DNA of 60,707 nucleotides, filler included, from Gonapodya sp. JEL0774 (Eukaryota), in the NCBI GenBank assembly GCA_027604505.1. It is 11 parts of 11 records of this genome, joined end to end, with 100 filler letters (N's around TTAATTAATTAA, not from the genome) between each part and the next. Parts side by side here need not be neighbours in the genome. Positions count along the whole stretch, not along the records: positions 33,279 to 38,695 come from JADIIX010000723.1; positions 38,796 to 44,212 come from JADIIX010000724.1; positions 44,313 to 49,727 come from JADIIX010000725.1; 8 more parts are not named here. The stretch is one strand, 5' to 3'. Positions within the stretch are counted from its first letter, which is position 1; every line of letters starts with the position of its first letter. The notes beneath the pieces are model-generated. The model was not told the origin of the DNA. It made no database searches and saw nothing but the letters and a program-made list of their open reading frames with translations. Shown one piece after another: positions 36,722-49,095 of this stretch. A program made the translations under genes and the position numbers.

Positions 36722-38225
36722 ATGGGACATCAAAACGGTGATGGCATAAACCGCGCTTGGAACTTTGGTGCCGGTGAGCCTATAGTGCGCTCTTTAGCTT
36801 CTCTCCTCTGCTCTCCGAGCTCCGGGAGACACGTCACCGTATATTCCACCACCAGGCCCCGCCGCGATTCCCGTCCCAGTTCTCAAGCAGGCGCAAGCTG
36901 AAATGCTCGATTACAAGGGCTGTGGCATGTCGGTGATGGAGCTCTCACACAGGTCCAAGGAGTACGAGGGAATCCACGACGCGGCGATTCGAGACCTGAA
37001 ACAGTTGCTGGATGTGCCCGAAGACTATGATGTTTTGTTTATGCAGGGTGGGGGAAGTACGCAGTTTGCTGCGGTGGTTTACAACTTGCTTGGGGACGGG
37101 GAGAAGACAGCAGACTATTTCGGTATGTGTCAATAATGACGTCCGCTGTGCGTCCGTCGGCGATGTACATGTCCTTGTCTTCTGACAATTCGCCACATTG
37201 CTTCATGTGCTGAAGTGACTGGCGGCTGGTCGGACAAGGCCGCTTCCGAGGTGAGTGTACAGGGCATCAGTAAAAACTCTCACTCACCCTCGATTTGATC
37301 AATCTGACCCCACGTTCAACGTCCGCGGCATGCTCATCATCTCCTGCAAATTTCTTAGGCCAAACTCCTCGGAGCCAAAGTCAACACGGTCGTCAACACA
37401 AAACCAACCAAATTCCAACATATCCCCCCCAAAAGCGAATGGAAGCTCACGGCACCAGACCAGGCTGCATACGCTTACTACTGTATGAACGAAACTGTTC
37501 ACGGGGTTGAGTTTTTTGAAACGCCCGAGGTGAGTCCCAGCCGTCTTTTCGGTGCCCTTCATCGTTACGTCAGGCAATCAACTGCACACCACACACAGGT
37601 CGACCCATCGGTGCCTCTCGTTTGTGACGCCTCATCCACCATTCTGTCGCGTCCCATCGACGTCCGCCGACACGCCATCATCTACGCAGGAGCTCAGAAG
37701 AACATTGGACCATCGGGCGTCACCCTCGTCATCGTCCGCAAGGACCTTCTGGGGGCACGCAAGTTCAAGAACCCCATGCCTATTATGCTGGACTACAAGA
37801 CCTACGCGGACAACAACTCGCTATACAACACCCCTCCGACGTGGGGCATTTACATTTCTGGCCTGGTGTTCAAGTGGCTTCTCGACCTCGGGGGCCTGAC
37901 CGCCATGGAGAAGATCAACATCCGGAAATCGTCCCGTCTCTACGCCGCCCTCGATGCTCACCCCGCGCTCTTCAAACCTCTCGTCGCTGGACCAGCGAGG
38001 TCGCGTATGAACGTCGTCTGGCGTATCGTCGGTGCAGACGGAAAACCATCCGAAGAATTGGAAAAGGAGTTTCTGAAAGGCGCCGAGGCTCGTAAGATGG
38101 TTCAGCTCAAGGGACACCGGAGTGCCGGCGGGATCAGGGCAAGCATTTACAACGCGGTTCCGGAAGAAGGAGTCGAGGCCCTCGTCGCTTACTTGGAGGA
38201 ATTTGCAAAGAAGCACTCTGCGTAG
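36722..38225 (+). CDS. SER1: Phosphoserine aminotransferase
   Basis: WNFGAG|PAAIP, SVMELSHRS, FMQGGGSTQF, NETVHGVEF, YAGAQKNIGPSG (PLP Lys), SLYNTPP, LKGHRSAGGIRASIYNA. Confidence 0.96.
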
Positions 38226-38695
38226 GGGTAACTATGGGGGGGCACCCCAGTTGTCTGATGGAGGCAACCGTGTCACTTTATAACTTGCTCTGATCCCATC
38301 GTCGTCGGTGTTCGGTACTCTCGTCGTATGAGCAGAACTCATTTGAAAAATACAACCTCTGAAGCACTTACATGCGCCGTAAAGAGAAATTTGACTGCTA
38401 CCGGAGAATCTCCGTTTTTCATTCTTACCGGGACCTTCCGATGCGTCCCATTTTGCACGATAGCTCCGAACCTCGACACAACAACATCGTGTCAGAGAGA
38501 AAAATGCACTTCTTGAGATTCATTCATATCGTACAACTTTCACCGCCACCGTCGTCAACGGACAATGGTTGAATCAGGTAGTCTGGGTGCTCCATTCGCG
38601 TACTCCGGGGGTTGTGCAACCACTGGAAAAAATCTAGTTGTTCCCATGTCGCGTTACCGACCTGTTACCATTGTAAAATACACCACGGATGGTTT

Positions 38696-38795
38696 NNNNN
38701 NNNNNNNNNNNNNNNNNNNNNNNNNNNNNNNNNNNNNNNTTAATTAATTAANNNNNNNNNNNNNNNNNNNNNNNNNNNNNNNNNNNNNNNNNNNN
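38696..38795. other. Artificial contig-joining spacer
   Basis: N44-TTAATTAATTAA-N44. Confidence 0.98.
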
Positions 38796-41229
38796 GCTCC
38801 ACATCGTTTCTTACCGCCCTCGACACAGAGAAGTGGAATGTCGTGGTCGTGTCGCCAAGAAAGTGAGCGAATGGTTTGGTTTTTGTATGATTCTAGAGAA
38901 CTCGTGGAGCGTAGAGTGGCTTTCTTGGGATTTGTGGTCATTTTAACTGACGGAATGAGGGACAATTCGCTGTCTCCAACTTTTCCCTTGATGACACCAA
39001 CCACAGCTACTTCCTCTTCACACCTCTCCTCCCTTCATGTACCGTTGGAACACTTGAGCTTCGCTCCTTGATGCTGCCCATGCGATTCATAACGTGCGTG
39101 ATGAATTACCCTTCATTCCCTCGACTATCTCTGAGAGTCGCGGTCTCTTCCCATATTACGTAGCAATCGGAAAAAGCGAGCTGTCAAGTTTGTTGAAGCA
39201 GACGTTACGGACGTAGACCCTGTGGCTCGAACGGTATCTTTCCAAGGTAAACCCCTACCTGGCTTTCTCTCTCGAACTTGCCTTTCCCCCGACGCATACT
39301 CCCACATCAGATAACTCCGAACTTGTCGGTGCCGTGTCCAAGGCGGCCGTCAAGTACGACTTTTTGGTAATGGGTGTCGGTGCAGAGAACGCCACTTTTG
39401 GGATCAAAGGAGTGAAAGAGTACGGATTGTTTCTGAAAGTGCGTTTGCCATTTTGGATGGACCATACTGCCCCTAGTGCTGCCGGTTTCCAAGAGACTGT
39501 AATGGCGGGCTCACTGTTAATCAAATCCCTACATATAGGAAATATGGGACGCCAAGCGTATCCGTCAAAAACTCATGGATTGCCTCGAGACCGCTTCTTT
39601 CCCCGGTCAACCGCCTTCGGAGATCGATCGTCTTCTCCACATGGTTGTCGTGGGTGGAGGCCCCACGGGGGTTGAATACGCGGCAGAGTTGAGGGATTTC
39701 TTGGTGGAGGATTTGCGAAAATGGTTTCCAGGTACGTGGCTATGCTGGTGGACTAAACTCCGAAAGCGCCTCACGCAATATATTTTCTAGATGTTGTGGG
39801 GAGGGTGAAAATCACACTTATCGAGGCTCTTCCACACGGTCCGTGATACTCCTCGTTCAGCCGCTGCCAAAGCAAACTTCCCCTGATCTTTTCCTTGTAA
39901 CTTTCGTCATGTCATCACAAAGTGCTTGCCGCTTTCGACCAAGGCCTCGTCGATTATACGGAGCGCCATCTCCGCTCTGAAAACATCGATGTCCGGCTTA
40001 ACACTATGGTGCGGGAGGTGCGGGAGACGGACATTCTGGTAGCAGAAAAGGTAAAAAAAGTAGTGCTTGAAAAAGGAGAAGATGGGGTAGAAAGGGAGGT
40101 TGTGAAGGACGTTTTGGAACAAGCGACTGTACCTTACGGTGAGCAGTGCTGCCGAGTTTTCTTGGGATAGAAAACATTTGATGTCAAGATGATCACTGAG
40201 TATCTCAACATTGGAAACAGGCATGCTGGTCTGGGCAGCGGGTAACGCCACGCGTGGACTCACCCAAAGACTCATTGCAAAGTTGCCCAAAGAGAAGCAA
40301 ACACAACGGTATGTTTAAGGGTACGCGCGATTTTCTAGTTCTGAGCATACCTCAAGTCGATCAACGGACGTATTGTGTGTACTCGGATCACAGGAGAGGA
40401 TTGGTGGTGGACGAGCACATGGCGGTAGAAGGTGGGGAAAGGATCTATGCATTGGGGGATTGCACGGCGACCAAGTAAGTAGAAGAGGCGAAACCAGAAA
40501 CATTGCATGCCATTTTTATGCTGATTGAATTTTCTTTGGCACGATCTTAGATACGGTACATATGCAGGCCGCATTACTTGCCTCGTCTCTGGACATCTCA
40601 CTAACATGCATCATTTACCCTTCAGCCCCCACCGCCCAAGTGGCTAGTCAACAGGGCAAATATCTTGCTAGCCTCTTCTCTCAACGTGGCCCTGTTCTCC
40701 AGAAACTCGTTGCAGAGGGGAAGACACTTCAACAGGCATGCGATACTGTTGACACCAAGGAGGGCGAAAAGAGTTTTGGGTATTCGCATTTGGGCTCTTT
40801 AGCCTATATTGGTACGTTTGTGTTGCGAAATTTTGTCACACGCTCTGTGGGGCGCGGACGAGCTCTAATCAATCTATGAACTAAATACGCCCAGGAACGG
40901 ACCAAGCAATCGCGGATCTACCTGGTGGCGTGCACGTCGCCGGCGCCGCAACGTTTTTGTTTTGGAGATCTGTTTATCTCAGCAAGTAAGTGTGGTGTTG
41001 AACTTATCAACAATTGCGAACGATGGGAGTGCTCATCAAGTTTTCACTTCACACCTGTGATCAGCCTTTTCACGCTTAGAAACAAGATGTTGGTGGCATT
41101 CGATTGGTCTAAAAAGGTGAGCCCTGCTGCCCGAAATACGTTTGCGTCTGGCTACCCCAGTCATTGATCTGTGGATGTACAACTCCTTCCACACAGACCC
41201 TATTTGGTCGCGATATTGCACGCGAATAA
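38796..41229 (+). CDS. Type II NADH:ubiquinone oxidoreductase (NDH-2, Nde/Ndi family), copy A, 5'-truncated
   Basis: [101 protein letters not shown]. Confidence 0.94.
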
Positions 41230-41343
41230 ACATTGGTGTGAATGGAACCATTTTCATATAGATTGGCATTCTGGTAATACATTCGTGTAATCATATCCCG
41301 TTTCTAGCCTGCGGGGAGGTATGGCGGCAAACCAAATAGCGGT

Positions 41344-42862
41344 TCAAGCAGTCCAACCTCCATCCACAACAACTTCTGAACCCTGAGTCAGATGATTTGA
41401 AGATTAAGTAGCGTTCAAGCCGACATTTTGACAGTATAGAATGGCTTACCGTCATATACGATGCTTCCTCAGATGAGACGAACGCGATGACGTTCGCAAG
41501 CTGGACGGATGGAATCGCAAAGTTGTTAACATGAGAATAAGATCATTGCCGAAAAATGCGAAATACGAACTTCCGGGGGCTGCGCAACTCTAGCCAATGG
41601 AACCACTTTCGTAATATCGAGGTAAGATGGGGCGATTCCCGCTTCCTCAAACACTTTTAGGAAACCTTCAGCGATGGGAGTCTGGACGCCCCTGCTCACG
41701 AAAAATCTATCATTATTGCGCAGACACTCCGTCGATATTTTCAAAGTAGCGTATGTACCCGGGATGGATGGAGTTCACACGAATCTTTCCGCCAGGAAAA
41801 GGTGCTCGGGCGCAATAGATCGCGGCGGATTTACTGAGGAGACGTACTCCGCCCTTGCTGGCGCTGTAGTGGGGCTGAAGCCCACTGCCCTTGAGTCCTT
41901 CCTATATGATCCGAGTCCGGCATTGACACATTGAGTTGCATGAGACAGGTAAACCGAGAGGAGATGACCTCACGATTGATGACACGTTCACGATGGATTT
42001 AGAATCCTGTGAGGATACCCAATATAAATTGTGATTAACCGGCAGACCGAATGTAAAGTGTCGAAAGTACCTGTCCGGCATTTGTCATCATCGAACGAAT
42101 TCCGTGCTTGATGCCCCTACCACCGAGAAAACGCACTTCATATTTGCGAATAAGCCTCAAGAAATCATAGATCATAACCCACAAAAAAGTCCCCGTGAGG
42201 TTTATATTGAGGAACAAGTTCCATGTATCCAGATCCAGGGTCTCAAACTGCAAATGCGGGCGAGCGATCCCGGCATTGTTGACAAGGACGTCAAGTGGAC
42301 CACCGGCGGCTACAGTAACTCTATCAGATTGATCAAGGAGGATGTGAGAACTACTTCACGCCAGAGTCATCATTATGTTTTGCGCGAGGCGCTCACTCAG
42401 CAATTCCTTTCTCCCACTGATCCTCCTTTGAAACGTCAAGCGGAACGAAAATGGCTTTAGAGCCTGCGTCGTATTTGAAAATAAGTCAAAGTCAAAGTTA
42501 CGAGGACACCATCTGACGTACCGAGGCCCCTCATCTCGGTCAACACCCCGTCCGCAACTTCGCGCTTCCCCGGAAGATCAGCGATGGCGACAAGTTTCGC
42601 TCCCTCTAAGAGGCAAAGAAATAGGAGAGAGCGCGTAAGCGCTTTCTGTTTGCCCTTCTCGAACTACGGCCTGCTGTGCCGATTCAACAGACCTTTGGCG
42701 AACTTGAGCGCTGTTGCCGCACCTATACCTTGCGCGCCACCGGTGACTAGGGCTGCGGAGCGAAATGTATGGAGCTAGAGCCGGAGCGCTGATCTTTTGG
42801 CAAAGTACTGCCGCGGCGGCGATCGAGCACTCACCAATTTTTCCTGCGAGTCGACCGGCCAT
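41344..42862 (-). CDS. Classical short-chain dehydrogenase/reductase (3-beta-HSD/cyclopentanol dehydrogenase-like), multi-exon
   Basis: MAGRLAGKI|ALVTGGAQGIG, LDVLVNNAGI, IVNVSS, YSASKGGVRLLSKSAA, IRVNSIHPG, EASYMT|GSEVVVDGGWTA*. Confidence 0.9.
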
Positions 42863-43564
42863 TGCTTGAGGGAACTGTATCAAGATATTCAGAACTCGAG
42901 TTAGTTTACTTAAAGAAATCAGAGATGGTGGGCATGAGCATGGATGAACTTTTAAAAGTTCCTGTCTCGGCCCTTGAGTTTTGCAACGCCGACGCGCGTG
43001 AACTCTATGTATCCGCCGCCTACTAGCCGACAACACAAGCGCCCCCGTAGACCCCATAATGTGCATTGGTATCGAAAAGATAACAAGAAAGAATTTCCAG
43101 ACTGTGTAACTGCTGAGGGCTCTTTGCAGCAAATTATTTCCTGCTCAGCTCACGTTGTTGTCATGAGAATCATACAACTGAGGCGTTCAGACCGACTATT
43201 ACAAGAACATTGGTCATGGGATTTCGAATCAGTTGATTCTGGCTGATTTCGTCATTCTGATTGAATCACATTCAATGTGCTGAGTACGTGCTCATTCGCA
43301 GTACGGATAATGTATTCACTTGTCATTACTATTACATCCAACAGCAGATCCCACTCGAGTTCCACTAAAGTTATCGATCGCCGTCTTCTGAAGCCAAGGA
43401 AATGAATTCAATACTGCTGCAACTCCGGTTGCGATCGCCATCGTATCTGAGATTTCCGAACCTGCATCCAGAGCGTGAGCACCTGATTTCACCCAAAAAT
43501 GACGCCTTTGGGACATGTTCACAGCGAAATCTTTTGTGTTTGATACTTTTGGGAGCCAGTTTCG

Positions 43565-44212
43565 ATGTTCAGTCGCTCTGAATTCCTCCCTACGGCCTCA
43601 CCGTGCGACGCTCGGTATCTCGCCACCGCAACGACCGCCCACCAAAGCAATTGGCGATCCCGCCGATGGACAAGATACGCCGCATATGGTGCGGGAGTCG
43701 CTGGCTTGACGATCGGGTACGGGTTGTTCAGTGAGTTTATCGTGGAGGGGCGAGAAGTGAGCAGATTGAAGGGGTTGACCGAACCTTTCGTAATCACCCA
43801 TATGACCGAAAACAGCGATATACTGGTGCGCATGCCGTGTTTTTCACTTGCTGGTGAACTCGTGCCCGCCACTGACGAATTCAATCTGCAGGCTGAATCA
43901 CCCTTCTGAACAACTCCCGTTTGGTGATCCCTCACTGCCGACACTCGTGATTCTCGGATCCGGGTGGGGCGCTGCAACTTTACTCAACGATATTGATACA
44001 GAGAAATGGAATGTGGTCGTCGTCTCGCCCAGGAAGTGAGCTCATGGGTTCATTCACTGGTGTTCCTCCTGGAGTCCGACCACACAGTTCTGGATCCCGT
44101 TCCCACAACCCAGCTACTTCCTCTTCACCCCTCTCCTCCCATCAACCACTGTCGGTACTCTCGAGTTCCGCTCTCTCATGCTACCCTTGCGGTACATCAC
44201 CATGCACAAGAA
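43565..44212 (+). CDS. NDH-2 copy B, 5' part only (mitochondrial-type leader and TM segment)
   Basis: ..[75 protein letters not shown]; start codon tentative. Confidence 0.88.
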
Positions 44213-44312
44213 NNNNNNNNNNNNNNNNNNNNNNNNNNNNNNNNNNNNNNNNNNNNTTAATTAATTAANNNNNNNNNNNNNNNNNNNNNNNNNNNNNNNN
44301 NNNNNNNNNNNN
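44213..44312. other. Artificial contig-joining spacer
   Basis: N44-TTAATTAATTAA-N44. Confidence 0.98.
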
Positions 44313-47300
44313 CCAAGTTATCCACGTTCCCTAGTGTAGCTCACTAACCAATAACGCTACAACAAAACTGTAAAGGACAAACTTGTAGAAAATTTCACGG
44401 TGAGTAATTTTGCTCAATTAATCATCCCCAAATTCCAACTCCCTGTGGCGCTAGAGCCATCCGAAATGTCAAAACACCCATATCTCAACAGGAGTGGGGC
44501 CGGAATGTGCTGAGGCGATACACCTAGTGTCTCCAATGGAGACCGCTCATACTGCCCCACATGAGCGAGGTGAAATAAAGATACGTGACAATTCGAATTC
44601 TGTTTCCAATGTCGATAATGAAATTAATGAACTATCCGTGTTTAGTTTCAACACACTTGGTGATAATGAAGTTTTGTCTCGAGCTCTTAATTTACAAGTG
44701 CATTTTGATATAGCTGCCTCGCATTCTATATGTCCTAGCCGGGATTTTCTCACAAAATTTAAGACTGAAAAAATTGAAATTCAACTAGGAGATGTTGAAT
44801 CCACATCTCTTGCAGAAGGACGTGGTGTCTTACTGTTCTATTTCACGGATCACATTCTGTGACATCACGCACAATCCCTGGGGTTCTATACAATCCAGGA
44901 AATTGTTTTGTTCTATTATCTGGTGGAAGTCTACAGAATGCTGGAATCTCACAATGGGTGCCAGCCAATTCGAATCTTCTTGAACTACGTGACCCTTCAG
45001 GTGCAATTATTTGCCAAGGATCACGGGTTGGCCTCAGCCTTTATCTCAGACGCCTATTTCAGTTTGACACAACAAAATTGGGATTCCCAAGGCATTTTTA
45101 TCGAAAGAATTGAGTATTGATCTCGTTTTGAATCACTTACGACTTGGACATTTGAATTACCACAATTTACGTTGTTCATCAAAATCTGCACATATATCTC
45201 TATCTGACTTTGTTTCACAACAGCATCTAGATTGCTTAGGTTGTGATTTGGGAAAGGCTCATGTGAAGCCTAATACTTATCCACACAGACAACGTGCAAT
45301 CACTCCAGGCAAATGTTTACATGCAGATGTATGGGGTCCAGTTCCCCCAGGTTATGCTGCAAATGGTGGAATTCGGTATTTCCTGAAAGTTAAAGATGAT
45401 GCGACGTCATATGGATGGGTAAAAGAGATGCGATCTAAAGCACAGGCCTCACGCCTTCTTCGCGAATTAATTATTCTCTGTGAGAGCCAAATTGAAGGGT
45501 TTAAAGTGAAACATCTTCGAAGTGACAATGCAAAAGAGATCCTTTTAAACAATGAAATGGAACAATGGATGGCAGATTGAGGTATGGAGCCTCAGCGATC
45601 ACCCCCTCATATTTCTTCTAGCAATGGTATTGCGAAGCGTTCTATACGTACAGATGTGGAAAATTTGCGAAACACTCTTATTATGTCTGGCCTACCAAAT
45701 TTCTTATCGTTTGAACTTCTCGAAACAATTAATTATCTTTGGAATCGCTCACCCTCATCCACACAGAGAGGCCAGATTCCTTGTGAACTGTTAATGAAGC
45801 GACGTGTTGATTTGGATCACTTGCGTGTTCTTGGTTGCAAAGCTATTGTGAAGAGCAAAGATGATTCAAGAAACAAATTACAGGCACAAGCTGATATCTG
45901 TTATTTGATCGAATATGATGTGTATTCTATAGTCTACAAATTATGGGATCCGAAAGCTCGAGCTGTTCGCAGATCTCGAGATGTTGAATTCTGAGAGGAA
46001 GCTTTTATATGCTCCCAATATTTGCCTCATTCAGGTCACTCTTTCAAATTAGATAATGAGGAAGACAAATTCCCTTGTGTTGCAGATTTTGATGCTTCTG
46101 AATCTGATACAGAACCCTCATTGGCGCCTGTTCAACATCATACAGATGATGATAACTGTCCACCAAGACAGGTAACTTGAAGTATGACTGGACCTCAGGC
46201 TCCTCCAACACCTAGTAAACCGAAGACTGTTTCCGGTATTGACTGAGAACCACCGGACACTCCAACCAAAGCCGGAGTTATTGACAGGGGCAAAGGTCCC
46301 GTTTTTTGATTGCATGGTAGTATGCTACCCTACCTCCTTTTCCACCACCTATGCCATTTCCAGCTGGCAATCCTGTTGTTCGAATTACACAGAATAAGAG
46401 CTTCAAACCTGGTGATGCAGTTCTCTGAACTCAACCATCACGAGCTGTTAAAACTGGTGCTCCTGTTGGTGCAATTATGTTGAGATGGATGTTGGGTTGC
46501 TTATCTATATTTTCTCTGTGCACACAACTGAGTTTACAAATTATGCCCTTCACCACACCCAGATTGACATACAGGCCTTTCCCCACACTCTTTAGATTCC
46601 TGAGAACAACCAAACTTGACAAATTAAGCCTGCTAAACCTGTTGTTGAGATTATATATGAGAAGCCAGCACTCTGCCTCTGTACAGGTTTTGCACTTGGC
46701 CCAGTGGTTACATCAACACCTGTTGCACATGTCCCACTGTTAAGATTAAGCAGGCTTCCTCAGCTCCACCACCGCGCAAGCGGAACTCTGAACTCATTGT
46801 TGAGATCCCCTCTCCTCACGCAGGTTTTAAGTCTCGTTTATCACGTCCTGTAAATGTGCATGTATCTCACCCTTCATCTCCAATTGGCAACACTCAAAAT
46901 ACAGCTGTTGCACAACGTATGCAATTTCATGAAGTTCCCACGGACATTCCTCCCAGGGAGAGTTCAGTTGAAGGTATTGACTTTCAGAGGGAGAGCTTGC
47001 AGATTATATATGATGTTGCCGCTTCAGATGTTGATGAACATGTTGACCAGGGGGAGAGATTGCAGAATCTTGTTGTGGATTCAGATCCAGAAGTTAGATT
47101 ACCCGATCTCCAAACGCATTATGAGGAGGAGTTGACAGATTTTCAGAGAGAAATTTTGGAACAAAGTCGGGATATTCTTGCAGACCCCTTATATAATCCG
47201 GCTCCCTACATTTGTTAAGCTATGGGGGCAAAACCTGTACAGGGGCAGAGTGCTGGATTCTCTTTATATCCTTTACAACATTAACATTGCAGACAATCAT

Positions 47301-49095
47301 GAATGGGTTTTACTGCAAACTCCTGACAAAATTCCTACTCCAAATAATTATAAAGCAGCCATTGTTTCAGACCACGAAGATTACTGGCATCGTGCAATCC
47401 AGAATGAATTTGACCAGTTGAATGAGTTTGGTACTTGGAATCTCGTACCTATTGAATCAGTCCCTAAAGGTCATCCCATTTTAACGGGAAGATGGGTCTT
47501 TGCAGCAAAAGGCTTGGACAACGACAACATTTGATTTAAAGCGCATTGGTGTGCACGTGGCATTTACTCAGAAACATAGAATTGATTACAAGCAAACCTT
47601 CGCTGCTACAATGAATGGAAAGTCTTGGAAGATTCTTTTATCACTGGCAGCACAAGATGTTTTAGTAATTCTACAGTTTGACATTGGTAATGCGCTTTTG
47701 AATGGGATTTAGTTGAAAATGTCTACATGGAACACCCACATGAATTTAGCAAACCTGGTTTTGTTTGCAAACTTTGGAAATCTTTGTACAGCTTGAAGCA
47801 AGCTGTGAATGTTTGGCAAGAATTATTCATCAAAACTTTGAAAGATATGGGTTTTAAACAACTTGCTTGTGATAATGCCCTTTTGGTTCGTGCATCAGAA
47901 GATCTGAACCGTCATATGGCGTGCGGAACTCATGTTGACGATGGATTACACATTGCCAAGACAGAAAAGCAGAATGAGGATTTTGTTGCAGAATTAGCGG
48001 AACGTTGGAAGGTGTCTTGAAGCACGTTATGTGGCTTCCTTGGATCACAAGTTTTCAGAGATTTAGTTACTCATACAATCACCATTAATAATGAAAAGAA
48101 GATTACCGCTCTCTTGGAGGAATTGGGCATGTTGGATTGTCAACCAGTGTCCACTCACACCGCACAGGGTGCTTTGTTATCCGGTCTGATTGACCTAAAA
48201 CTGAAACTGAACGTGCCGGTGCTGACACAGAGTTATATTGCCATGGTGTCAGTGCTTTAAATTACATTGTTATTACTAGTCACCCTGACTGTGCTACAGT
48301 AAATCGTGTTTTAACTGAGGCTCTGCGAAATCCTAGTTGCAAACATTACAATGCCTTTCTTCATATATTACGCTACTTGAAAGGTACTTTACATTATGGG
48401 ATCACCTAACTTGGAAAGAATGATCCTCGCAGACGCAAAACCCGTACGGACCTTTATGGATATTATGATGCTTTGTATGCTTTGGACAAATTCGATTTGA
48501 AATCTTGCCAAGGTTTTGTGTTTATGTTGTCAGGGGGAGCTATCAGCTGGAATTCAGGAAAGCAAGAGCAGCTGACTGATTCGACAACATATGCTGAATT
48601 TGTCTCTCTGCATAATGCAGTAAAGGAGCTTCTGTGGCTCAAGAATGTCTTTATGGAACTTCGACAACCTTTGAGATATTTAATGTTGAACTGATTGGAA
48701 AAGGCAAACCAGAGGATTTATTTGGTGACAATAAGGGCACATAATCAGAAGAAACACAATATGACCAAACACTTCAAAATCAAATATTTCTTTGTTCGTG
48801 AAGAGATCAAGAAGAAGACTCTTCAACTACTTTAGATTCCTACAAGTCAGAATGCTGCTGACCTACTAACTAAGTCCTTGCCAAAGGAATCATTTGAGAA
48901 GCACAGAGCTAGCTACTATGGGAATGACAGAGATTAAGGATGGATCATGATGTTCATGATCAGGGGGAGTGTTGGGTATATGTGATGCTGTGTGCGTGAT
49001 TTGCGTATTATATATTTGTATGATAGACCACTGCACATAGATACACTGCGTGAGACACTAAGTTGTACACACAATACATTACCTGTATTCTAACA
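44313..49095 (+). mobile_element. Degenerate Ty1/copia LTR retrotransposon (PR-IN-RT-RH order), 5' LTR outside the contig
   Basis: Protease-like FDIAASHSIC; pre-integrase HLRLGH..CLGC; integrase LHADVWGP..LRSDNAKE..NGIAKR; RT GTWNLVP, GRWVF, KSLYSLKQA, HVDD; RNase H GGAISWNSGKQ..STTYAEF..KHF..ADLLTK; many stops and frameshifts; PPT AGGGGGAG at 48962-48969. Confidence 0.93.
48970..49095 (+). repeat. 3' LTR of the copia element (about 126 bp)
   Basis: Begins TGTTGG directly after the PPT and ends CTAACA (TG...CA with an imperfect terminal inverted repeat); internal TATATATTT. The right boundary is inferred. Confidence 0.7.

Noticed and set aside
38796..44212. Circular contig or terminal overlap of a single NDH-2 gene
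   Set aside because: The two ends differ at many synonymous and some amino-acid sites and have unrelated introns.
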